Positions 1-12,100 of a DNA stretch of 64,000 bases are shown here, one piece after another. The position numbers were made by a program, and so were the translations under genes. Where the stretch lies: the NCBI GenBank assembly GCA_020137815.1, contig CM035361.1, positions 4,588,001-4,652,000 of the forward strand. Reading direction: 5' to 3'. The notes beneath the pieces were generated by a model. It saw only the letters and a list, made by a program, of their open reading frames with translations. It did no database searches and had not been told where the DNA came from. Within the stretch, counting starts at the first letter, position 1, and each line of letters opens with the position of its first letter. This stretch comes from Hormiphora californensis (Eukaryota; Animalia; Ctenophora).

Positions 1-195
1 AGCTCTGATTGGTTGTTTACTTGTTTCGGTCGGTTCATAGTTGATATCTTCACATAATAATATAAAGTAAGTAGAAATAATGATTTGATTCGAAACAGCC
101 AAACTCAACATCTCTCGGGCCTCCAAATCCTAAACTTACCCCATTTTAGCTGATCTCTAGCAACTAGAAAATAACACCCCATCTTCAATCTCCAG

Positions 196-3100
196 CCGAT
201 GAGAAAGTATCGGACCTGAATAAGGACCCCCGAATGAGGGTGGAGATATTGCCCAACATTGACAAGTGCCTACAATTCTCCAAGGTAATGACATTTCCAT
301 ATAAGGCTCTGTCCATATATGGCTCTGTCCATATATATGCATTTTTAATCTTGATTCTGTTTTTTTACAGGAATTTGATCTCCTTCAAGGGGATTGTTTT
401 TCATTTGGAAAAGTATACCACTTGTTATTGTCCCAGCTCGTAAAACATACCTTGATCATATATTAATCTTGTAATTTATGTTTAATTATTATATCTAAAT
501 CTCTCGTGTGCTCTAATTGGCGGGCGCACGAATGGCAGTCTAGCTTGGCAACTAATTGGAGGCCTGTAAAAAAACAAATGAAAACAAGTGGTTTTACCAA
601 ACAATTGTTTCACTACCAGCGGTAGATGAAGATCATCAGTGGAATAAAAAAACATTAAAATCCAACTTTTCTCTCCAGAACAAGCACATGATGATTGGAG
701 ATGTTGCTTCTCGCGATGTTGTCAAGGGGGATGAACTGCAGATAACTATTCTCCTGGAACAACTTAGAGCGGCACATAAACGCAGATTAGAGGTGAGAGA
801 ATTACCAAATATGGTACATAGTATAACCATATATGGTCATCACGTGACACTTGACATTTGATATATCACGTGTTTTGTAGCCGATCTCAACTGACTCAAA
901 CAGGATTGAGAGTGAAACACAAGTAGGTTTAATCACACAGCGTGTATTTTGTGTATCTGTTGGGGTTGTCAGTGTTATAGTGGTGTTTTGTATCTGTTGA
1001 CTGTTTGGGTCTCTTTTTGAAGGGGGATCTTTGTTATATTATTTCTCTGTTTTGTCCTTATAATGGTGCAGTTTGACTATACCGCAAAATGGGTATATGG
1101 ACTAAACGGGGTAAGGCACGGACCAATTCTATGATCTCTAAAAGCTAAAACTGTATTTTTCCTCATCTTCTGGGTTTTTTATTTTCTCCATGAACCACAA
1201 CTATCTTGTCCTCTGTGTAGCTTTGTTTCCTTGCTGAATATCTCACCTTTTTCAGTGTCCCTCTATCCCAGTGAGAAGTCCAGATGAAGATAAATGTAAG
1301 TCCACGTCATGATGGTCCCTAATTTTTATTTACGCTACCATGCACGTTCCATAAATTATAAAATGGTATTCGACCAAATAATCCCTAATTCAATGTGAGT
1401 AGTCGATTCACACGAGAGAGCTCAATCGATCCAGGACCGAGAGCAGAAAACAAATGAAAACAAGTGGTAAAACCACGTGTTTTCATTTGTAATCCCTAAT
1501 TCCACTAAGACAAAATCCACCTTCATTCTAACACTCAGGTCTTGCATCAGCAGTGTCAACCCGATCACTCACTACAACCACTCTCGGATCAAATGTGGTT
1601 ACCATCACCAACCACCATCATGGTAACCACCATGGTAACCATGGTAACCAAATGCAGACATCTCACAACATGTCACGTGATGGAGAACCATCCCTTCACC
1701 TCCTACCCTCTTTGCTACACGTGGGAACACCACCCGATCATCATCACCTATTGGGGGAGGGATCACCATCCCATCATCACCTATTTGGTGATGGAACACC
1801 TTTCCTCCTGGGTGATGATGGTGATGGATCACCTTTCCTTCTGGGTATTGATGGTGACGGATCGTCTCCTGGTGAGGTATCAACGGAGGAATTCCACTCA
1901 CTTGACACCTCCCATTTCATGTATTTTACCGAGACTACAGAGTCACCCATGGTGATGAATGTGTCACCCATGGCAACACCCATGGTGATGAAAGTGTCAC
2001 CTAGAGAAACACCATCACCCATTGTGGCACCCACACCTAACAATGTCACCCTGGACTGGGATATCTCTAGCACCTGGCTGAAATACCTCGGTAGGAACAC
2101 AAATCACAATCATTTTCAAGTTACCCATTTTCTTACCTTTCATCAATCACAATGCTGCTTATCTCCTCATTATTATAAAATTGAATTTTTTGAAATTGTC
2201 ACCCACCTTTTCACACGCGGCGTCATAATTTGCGCGTGACAGCCCCCACTTGCTCTCACTTTACGGCATAAAATCGCATATCACCGGAAAGAGCATAGCT
2301 TTGTGAGTCCGTAAAACTTTTGATCGACGAAATCAGTCCAAAAACAAAAGCGTGAGAGCCAAAACAAGTTTCCTACACGCAAATAAAACATCGCACGCCA
2401 CGCAGGGGGTGACAACTTCAAAAAATCCGACTTTACACCTCCCCCTGGTTATTATGATGTCATCACAATGACGTCACTCCCTAGTCCCCATATGATGACG
2501 TCATAATGACGTCATACACATCCCCTTCCTCGTTCAGTATCAGAAGCTGAGATGACTGATGACGAGAGTGTTGTACCATTCCGGAGGATGAAAACAGTCG
2601 CAGCACCCCCATCGTGCCAAACGGACAAACACAACCACCTCAAGCAGGTATAATATGGCCTTATTTGGTCGTGTGACACCACCAAATATTGTGTTCACCA
2701 TATATCTCCTAATATGGCAGTAATTGTGTTCACTATCTCCTTAATATGGCAGTAACTGTATTCACTATCTCCTAATATGGTAGTAACTGTATTCACCATC
2801 TCCTAATATGGCAGTAATTGTGTTCACCATCTCCTAATATGGTAGTAACTGTATTCACCATCTCCTAATATGGTAGTAACTGTATTCACCATCTCCTAAT
2901 ATGGTAGTAACTGTATTCACCATCTCCTAATATGGTAGTAACTGTATTCACTATCTCCTAATATGGTAGTAACTGTATTCACCATCTCCTAATATGGTAG
3001 TAACTCTGCCCCTTTTTTTTAGAATGAAGTATTTGCATTTTTTAAGTTTCGAGAAAATCGACTTTAAAGTTTTTTAGAGGGTTTTTCGGAACTAAAATTG

Positions 3101-6100
3101 TCATAGAAGCCCAAATAGTACGTCAAACGATTTATGACTTATACCACAAGAATCCTGAAGGAATTCTGCAGGACTTCCAATTATCAGCTATCATCAAATT
3201 TGTCTCAAATTGATGTCAGGCATCAAAATTGATGCCTTACTCTGTTGGTTACTTCACTTATATTACAGTTTTGAAAATACTTCCGTTGCTAGACTGATAT
3301 CGACTGAAGCATAATTTTTCGTGGTAGATACTTCAGTAATTACTTCACTCAAAAAAATACTTCATCATAATAGCAACAAAAGCACCTAAAAAGTACTTCA
3401 CTTGCATATACTTCAGTAATTACTTCATTCCTAAAAATACTTCTTCAGAACTGTATTCAAAATGCCTAAAAGTAACTTAATCGAACAAAAGTGTACATGT
3501 GCTTCAAAATCGCAATCTTACTTCAATATTTTGGATAAAATCACAAACGAAGTTAATTTTCATTTAACACGCAGTGAAGTATAAAATGTGTTAGAATTCT
3601 TGCTAGTCTTGAAAGTAACTCCAGAGCAGCAGCTGCAGACAAACAGACGCACAGACAAACAGACGCACAAATTACAACTGCAGCAGCCTGCAGCAGCCTG
3701 CAGCAGCATAAAGAGATGGGCCGCCCGCCCTTCGGGCGGAATGTTAAAATCATGGTGCTGATAAATTGAGCGAAAACAGAAAAACGCTATGGCAACCCTC
3801 AAACTAAGACGAACCTGCAGATAAAATCTGGAAGATTAATCTGTTCCGGTACGAGTCATACTTTGAAATTGGTTGAGTTCGGCTTGTAATATCAGAGTGA
3901 AACATGGAGATTGGAGATTCAAGAATTTTCTTCCGACCTCTACACAGGTCCGTGTTCATAAAATATGACAGACATACAAACAGATCACAGACATACAAAC
4001 AGATCACAGACAGACACACAGACAGACACACAGGCCAGTTCATTACATGTTTTAACAATCGATTGGCTGATAACCAGTCACGTGACCTGAATAATGAGCT
4101 CGGATTGGTTGTTTATTTGGTCCGGTCGGTTGCTGAGAGATAGAGAAAGGGTCTGACAGAGAGATAATATCGATGAGAGGGAACGGGAGTGAGATTGTCT
4201 CCATTCGGGTTATTCACGAAGAGGAGTATTTGTCTAGGAGTGTGGGAATGTAAGGACAGAACAGTTAGATGACAATATATTTTGTTAATATTTGGATGAT
4301 TTGTATCCGTATTCTTTAATTTTTTACAAACATTTCAAATTCCCGTGAGTGTGATAGTTCAGTGACATGGGAGACAGTGGGAGGCAAAGTGACAGGGGTT
4401 ACAATGGGAGGCAAAGTGACAGGGATTACAATTGGAGATAAGGTAATCATAATAAAAACGGTTTATTGTAATTGCAATAGGAGAGACAAAACGAAACGGG
4501 TATACATTCAATGTACATGGTGGCTAACTAAGCAGCAGCTGCGTGTGGTGGGAGAAATGGCTTACCCTATATTTTTTACTATTTTACAACAAATGTCTGA
4601 GAGTGACAGAAACATTGTACCGCTGCAGCATGATACGATACACACGGATGTCCGTTAGCTACTATTTGAACTCCAGACAGGTTGAGTTTTCAAACCAGCT
4701 GCAGCTGGCCCCCTAGCCTTTCGGAATGATGTAAATTTGAAACCAAACGCTAGGGCAATCACTGCACTGGCAAGTGCCCCGTGGCCTTAGGGGGGTCTGG
4801 GGGCACAGCCCCCAGCATGAAAAATATCCCCAGTCATAACAAATCATGACTCTGAAACAATTAAGTCCGGCGCGAGAAGTTCATTTACCCCCCCCCCCCC
4901 CACAGTGGGGGCCAGTGCAGTATACCATACGGATGCGACAAACGCCATTTTTGAGCGCCTGTTTAACCATGTTCCCGATAAGCTAGCGAGCTGAAATTTT
5001 GTAGTTATAGGTACCTCTACCATTACTGTTAGTGATATAAATTGCAAGTGGATCGGTCGTTTCGTTCAAAAGTTACGAGGGGGGTCCCAAACACACCCTG
5101 TGTAGACACTATACATACATACATACATACATACAAGGCACCACCATTTTGCAAACATTCGCCTGGAAAAACGGCTTAAGCTAGAGCCCTGAAATTTTAA
5201 ACTTAGGTTACTCTAGCTATTCTGTGTGTCATAAAGTATGTGGCATCTTGATTGGAGATCATTAAGTCATTAATTATGCATAATTTATGTATAAATTTAT
5301 GAATATCTCGGTAATGACGCATACTGGAGATAAATCGACGGTTCTAACCGACGCAAAATATTCGATTTATGGGGGGTCTTACTCGGGACAATTTTCTCTA
5401 ACTTTTACCGTTAATTATGACAATATGCATATCTGAATATCTCAAGTTCTACTTATCATAGCGGCTTTTCATTGGTCGCATTGGACGGAGAATAGTCGAT
5501 TTATGGGGGGTCGTCCCCCGGACAAAAAGTCATATCTTGCACCGTTTAGCCGTTATTTGCATATTTATGCACCGATTCAAGATTTATGCATTTTCCGAAT
5601 ATTTCCACTTCAGCTGGTCCTAGAAAGTTTTCATGGACATATTTCGACGCAGAATGGTCGATTTATGGGGGGTCGTTCCCCGGACAAAAAGTCGTATCTC
5701 GCACCGTTTAGCCGTTATTTGCATATTTATGCACCGATTCATGATTTATGCATTTTCTGAATATTTCAACTTCAGCTGGTCCTAGAAAGTTTTCATGGAC
5801 ATATTTTGACGCAAAATGATCGATTTATGGGGGGTCGTCCCCCGGACAAAAAGTCGTATCTCGCACCGTTTAGCCGTTATTTGCATATTTATGTGCCGAT
5901 TCATGATTTAATGCATATTCTGAATATTTCCACTTCAGCTGGTCCCAGAAAGTTTTCATGGACATATTTCGACGCAGAATGGTCGATTTATGGGGGGTCG
6001 TTCCCCGGACAAAAAGTCGTATCTCGCACCGTTTAGCCGTTATTTGCATATTTATGATACCTGTTTACAAAAATCCTGAGAAACTAGACCAAAAAACAAA

Positions 6101-9100
6101 AGAAATTTGTTTGGAAAACCCGTGGCCTTTTGTCGATACTTGACGCTGCGGGAATTGCACCCTTCGTCAGAGCAAGACGTGTGGAAGAGTGAGACAGAGA
6201 ATGTGCGTGTGTTAGAACTTAGAGAGAGATGGCACAACAATACCTAGTAGCTCAGATTATGGGTGCATTTCCCGCAGCGTCAAGTATCGACAAAAGGCCA
6301 CGGGTTTTCCAAACAAATTTCTTTTGTTTTTTGGTCTAGTTTAACTTATAAAACCTTATGAGGTCAGTGTTTGACAACATTGTTTGTGGTGTCTCTCTCT
6401 CTTTGTCTCAGAGTGACACTCTTACATAGAGATAATCCCAGAATCATGATCACCCCGGCCCCCAGACATCTCTTCTCCACTTGTTGAGTTACCTAACAAC
6501 TGGTTGTGTTGTGTCGTTACGACAGTACGGTACTGGAACATAATGCTACCTTTGAATGTGGGGTTCTAAGTTCGAAGAATGAGATTGGAGTGACGTAGTT
6601 GTGACGGTGAGGATGAGTAATTCGAGATGTGAACGATAATTATAATTACTCAGAATAGAATAATTATTATAGGGATCGCCTCCGTTCGACCTTCATCATG
6701 ATGATGCTGCAGCAAAGAACAAATCTTGGAAATTACTTCATTTGGCCGGACTTGTGTTATAAATGGCACATATTATAATAAAAAATGAAGTATTCTTAAG
6801 TTATGAAGTATTTTTTCTGGATGCGACAAGAAGCATTTGAATTCCACAGATTTATGAAGCATTTTCAAATTGAAGTAAATGAAGTGAAGTATCTTCTGAT
6901 TTGAAAATACTTCAAACAAAATCTGCAACTGATTTATGAAGCATTTTCAAATTGAAGTAAATGAAGTGAAGTATCTTCTGAGTGGACAATACTTCAAACA
7001 AAATCTGCAGCTGATTGAAGTATTTCAATAGAATTTTTTAAATGAAGCAAACAACTGAAGCAAATTTTTCTGCGGTAATTACTTCTATGGTAGAAAAGTT
7101 TAACGAAGCAGTATTTATTTCCGAATTATATTAGCGAAGCAATTGCCATTTGCTTCACTTTTCTGCAGTTTTTCAAAAATAAAAGTACTTCACAAAAAAC
7201 ACTTCACTCTATTTTTTGAAGATTGAGACACGAGACTTAGCCCATCTTGTAGATCTTTTTCTCCTGATCAAGATGGTATAAATAACTCAAAATCGCCAAA
7301 ATTGCAAATACTTCATTCTAAAAAAAAGGGGCAGAACTGTATTCACCATCTCCTAATATGGCAGTAACTGTATTCACTATCTCCTAATATGGTAGTAATT
7401 GTGTTCACCATCTCCTAATATGGTAGTAACTGTATTCACCATCTCCTAATATGGTAGTAACTGTATTCACCATCTCCTAATATGGTAGTAACTGTATTCA
7501 CCATCTCCTAATATAGTAGTAACTGTATTCACCATCTCCTAATATGGCAGTAACTGTATTCACTATCTCCTAATATGGTAGTAACTGCATTCACCATCTC
7601 CTAATATAGTAGTAACTGTATTCACCATCTCCTAATATGGTAGTAACTGTATTCACTATATATCTCCTAATATGGTAGTAACTGTATTCACCATCTCCTA
7701 ATATGGCAGTAACTGTATTCACTATCTCCTAATATGGCAGTAACTGTATTCACCATCTCCTAATATGGCAGTAATTGTGTTCACCATATATCTCCTAATA
7801 TGGACATTTTACCAGTGAGGTGGGTGATAAGTCGAGTGGTGGAACAGTAGAGAAGATGCTTCTGCAATCGCTCAACGAACTTAGTCTGCAGCTCAGGGAC
7901 AAGATTGATAAGTCTGCTGTTTATTCCCTGTAAGATTTGTTTTTTTGTGCCCGCGGAAATGTGACTATCCCCTTTGAGAAGTGAGGGGTCAAGTGTAACT
8001 TGTTTCCATGTTGTACTGTTCTTACTAGAGGATCTTAAAAATAAATTGTAATTTCCTCGACCCTACTGATCGCTGTATATTTCTAAACCCACTTCTAAAC
8101 CCACTTCTAAACCCACTTCTAAACCCACTTCTAAACCCACTTCTAAGCCCACTTCTAAACCCACTTCTAAACCCACTTCTAAACCCACTTCTAAACCACT
8201 TCTAAACCCACTTCTAAACCACTTCTAAACTCACTTCTAAACCCACTTTCCTCCTCTCAGTCATATTCGGGAAGAGTTGGACTCCCTGGCTAACGATGTC
8301 CCGGATGATTTCAGCCCAGAGCCCCTGATTTGTCCCCCTCCCCCTGGTAGTGACAACAACCAACACCCTGACTCGGTTAGTATCACCATATATGGTGATA
8401 TGTGACCATATATGGGCATGTATATGTCATGAAACTGACAAACAAAATAACTATTTGACTGACCGAAAATAATTAATATATCAGGTTGACAGACAGGGTG
8501 ACAGACAGACAGACAATCGTGTTATACTGGAGCTCCAGACAATCTCGGAAGACTCAGCTGAGAGTGACAAAAGCAGTTCTGATGAAGAAGAAGAGAGTTA
8601 CTGCCCAACTCCGACCCACTCACGATCACCTTTCTCTGTTTTATCACCGAATGATCTCACCCCTGCTACCTCTCCAGCTGGAGAACTGTTCTCACTACCA
8701 ACATCACCACACACACCACCTAAAACATCACCACATACATCACCACATACATCACCGACCTCATCACCCAAAGCATCACCCTGTTCCTCCCCCTCCCTGA
8801 CAGACAAACAAACGGAAGAAATCATACTTCACTTTGCAGAAATTCTCTGCCCCGGTGAATCTTCCCCGGATGATACAGACCGTTCAATCTCGCCCTACCT
8901 GGAAGAATCACCTCTCTTCACCCCGACACCACGACCCCGTGCCAACTCAACTCTCCGGAGCTCTACAAGTGGCTCTCCTCGTGAGATGAAAATTAGGATA
9001 ACGCGGAAGATACCAGCTGGGGAGCCGTCTTTGTGTGATTCCCTGCCCAGGGCGGTGACACTGACGGAGTTTGCCGAGCACAACCCGGAGGTGATGGACA

Positions 9101-12100
9101 AGTTGAGGGATTTACAGCTCCCTGAGATGGTCATGGAGAGAACACATGTGACGGTGAAACAGAGGAAGAGGAGGGGAGGGAAGGAGGAGGGGATTAGGGG
9201 TCCAGGAAGGAGGGAGGAGGGGGTTAGGGGTCCAGGAGGGAGGGAGGAGGGGGTTAGAGGTCCAGGAGGGAGGGAGGAGGGGGTTAGATGTCCAGGAGGG
9301 AAGGAGGAGGGGATTAGGGGTCCAGGAAGGAGGGAGGAGGGGATTAGGGGTCCAGGAGGGAGGGAGGAGGGGGTTAGAGGTCCAGGAGGGAGGGAGGAGG
9401 GGATTAGGGGTCCAGGAGGGAAGGAGGAGGGGGTTAGAGGTCTAGGAGGGAAGGAGGAGGGGATTAGATGTCCAGGAGGGAAGGAGGAGGGGGTTAGAGG
9501 TCCAGGAGGGAGAGAGGAGGGGATTAGGGGTCCAGGAGGGAAGGAGGAGGGGGTTAGAGGTCCAGGAGGGAAGGAGGAGGGGGTTAGAGGTCCAGGAGGG
9601 AAGGAGGAGGGGATTAGATGTCCAGGAGGGAGGGAGGAGGGGGTTAGATGTCCAGGAGGGAGGGAGGAGGGGATTAGATGTCCAGGAGGGAGGGAGGAGG
9701 GGGTTAGATGTCCAGGAGGGAAGGAGGAGGGGATTAGATGTCCAGGAGGGAAGGAGGAGGGGGTTAGAGGTCCAGGAAGGAGGGAGGAGGGGGCTAGGGG
9801 TCCAGGAGGGAAGGAGGAGGGGATTAGATGTCCAGGAGGGAAGGAGGAGGGGATTAGATGTCCAGGAGGGAAGGAGGAGGGGATTAGATGTCCAGGAGGG
9901 AAGGAGGAGGGGGTTAGAGGTCCAGGAGGGAGAGAGGAGGGGATTAGATGTCCAGGAGGGAGGGAGGAGGGGGTTAGATGTCCAGGAGGGAGGGAGGAGG
10001 GGGTTAGATGTCCAGGAGGGAAGGAGGAGGGGATTAGATGTCCAGGAGGGAAGGAGGAGGGGATTAGATGTCCAGGAGGGAAGGAGGAGGGGATTAGATG
10101 TCCAGGAGGGAAGGAGGAGGGGATTAGATGTCCAGGAGGGAAGGAGGAGGGGATTAGATGTCCAGGAGGGAGGGAGGAGGGGATTAGAGGTCCAGGAGGG
10201 AGGGAGGAGGGGATTAGAGGTCCAGGAGGGAGGGAGGAGGGGATTAGAGGTCCAGGAGGGAGGGAGGAGGGGATTAGGGGTCCAGGAAGGAGAGAGGAGG
10301 GGATTAGGGGTCCAGGAAGGAGAGAGGAGGGGATTAGGGGTCCAGGAAGGAGAGAGGAGGGGATTAGGGAAGAAAGTAAACCTGATCATGACGAAGATGA
10401 AAGTTCAAAAGATGACAGTCTACAAAGTACTTCAAAATCAGAAGACATCTCCATCTCCGATCACCAATTCATTGATGACGTCACCTCGACATCAAACAAC
10501 CTGCCATCAGATGACGTCATTAGCGGTGACGTGATCACCATGGCAACGGATGACGTCATCACTATGGCAACCACGGAGGATGATAATTCTCTCACATCTT
10601 CTACCTCTGATTTCGCACAAATGTTGGAAGCAGAGCTAGCTGCACCAGATGGAGAGTGCGTTGTATCACCCATCCCACGACACCACATCACCCCCTCACC
10701 CCGTCACCACAGAACATCACCCTCACCCACTGCACGTGACCAGATGGTGACGTCATCACGTGATGTGACGTCACGTGACCACTGGTTGGCCCAGTTGGAG
10801 GATCCCCAGTGGTTGTGTTGGTATCTGTGCTGGCAGTGCGGTGCCGGGGAGTGGAGGGAGGTCGAGGAGGGTGTGGAGGAGTTGAGGGGAGAGAAACCGC
10901 AGTTTGTGAAGGTGTGCAGACATTTAATTAGTGCCAATTAATTACAGTGGCACCCCGATTTAGTGGCAGGATCCCCCCCCCCCCCCCCCCGAGGATGCCA
11001 CTAAATCGGGGTCCGACTGTAGTTAATTAGTGCTAATTAGTTGTTTTTGATAATTTAAACACATGACTTGACTGACACATCTCATTTCGATTAGAAATAA
11101 TGAAATAATGAAATATCGGCATTTTCAAATAATACCCATCTCTCTCTCAGGATATAACACAAGCTCTAAAAAATCTTGGGTTCCTTCAACGGAAATTGGA
11201 GGAGATCGAGAAGAATCTAACTCATGTTCGACACGAAACCATCCCTACGGTAAGAAGATGACGTCATAATACATGAGTGACGTCATTAAAAATATGTGAC
11301 GTCATTAAAAATATGTTTTGGATCGTTTACAACTTCCTGGTATATGTTTTCCTAATTTCCTCTTTCTTTTTACAGTTAGCCAAGAAAGATTCGGAGAAAA
11401 GCAAAAAGAAGAAGAAAGGTAAGCTAACATGTGTGTCTTGCTACAACACTTATCACTCAGTTACCATGGTTAACTTGATATAACGTGTATGGTTACCATG
11501 GTTACTATGGTTACCATGGTTACATCATGTGGTTACCATGGTTACCACAGCAACTCTTTCTCACGCTACTCACGGCTCATATTCTCTATAGGAAGTCGAA
11601 CTAAATAATATCACTATCATTTATATTCCTCTCCTCTTTTTGGTAAGCTTGCACACAGTCAATGAAGCACAGAATTTTATTAAAAGCCACTGGGCAAACT
11701 CGATAGTTGTGAAATATATTCTACCAGAACTTTACGATTTATCTCTCTCTCTCTTTTTAACATAAAATTCTCATTTTATTAGCATTTAAATATATTGTTT
11801 TGGGGTATTGTCTTCTTTTTTTAGTTATCCCATCGCTTGATAGCATGTTGTATATATTAGAAGCACAGCATGGTTATGACGTCATATATATGTCCATATA
11901 TGGACACATACACCCATATATGGGCATGTTGGTTTTTAGCATTGTTTGATCCCCTCTGCTGCTTTGATGGTGTTTGTAGAATGAAGTATACCTGCTTTAG
12001 TTTGTCGGGATGTTATATATTGCGATGAGCAACCTTGGAAGTGTTTAGGTAGCGCACAGCGTGACCAGTTTTAACCAATCACAGTTCAGCACGCATATAT

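Larger units (their letters stand above)
3006..7334. mobile_element. 4.3-kb non-autonomous TIR DNA transposon with 4-bp TSD (superfamily uncertain, Sola-like candidate)
   Basis: ~32-bp TIRs ctgccccttttttttagaatgaagtatttgca / tgcaaatacttcattctaaaaaaaaggggcag; TSD AACT at 3002-3005 and 7335-7338; many subterminal TACTTCA/TGAAGTA motifs; no transposase ORF seen. Confidence 0.85.
2700..7802. repeat. 31-bp minisatellite (gtaactgtattcaccatctcctaatatggta), split into 2700-3005 and 7335-7802 by a TIR element
   Basis: About 10 plus about 15 tandem copies read directly; most units contain CCTAATATGG. Confidence 0.9.

Noticed and set aside
371-474. Candidate exon after tttacag at 370
   Set aside because: Would interrupt the CH domain and ends in a stop; exons 196-284 and 679-792 join cleanly without it.
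9442-10389. 315-aa antisense ORF (PSWTSNPLLL)n
   Set aside because: Shadow of the 30-bp repeat; the + frame is continuous with flanking coding sequence.
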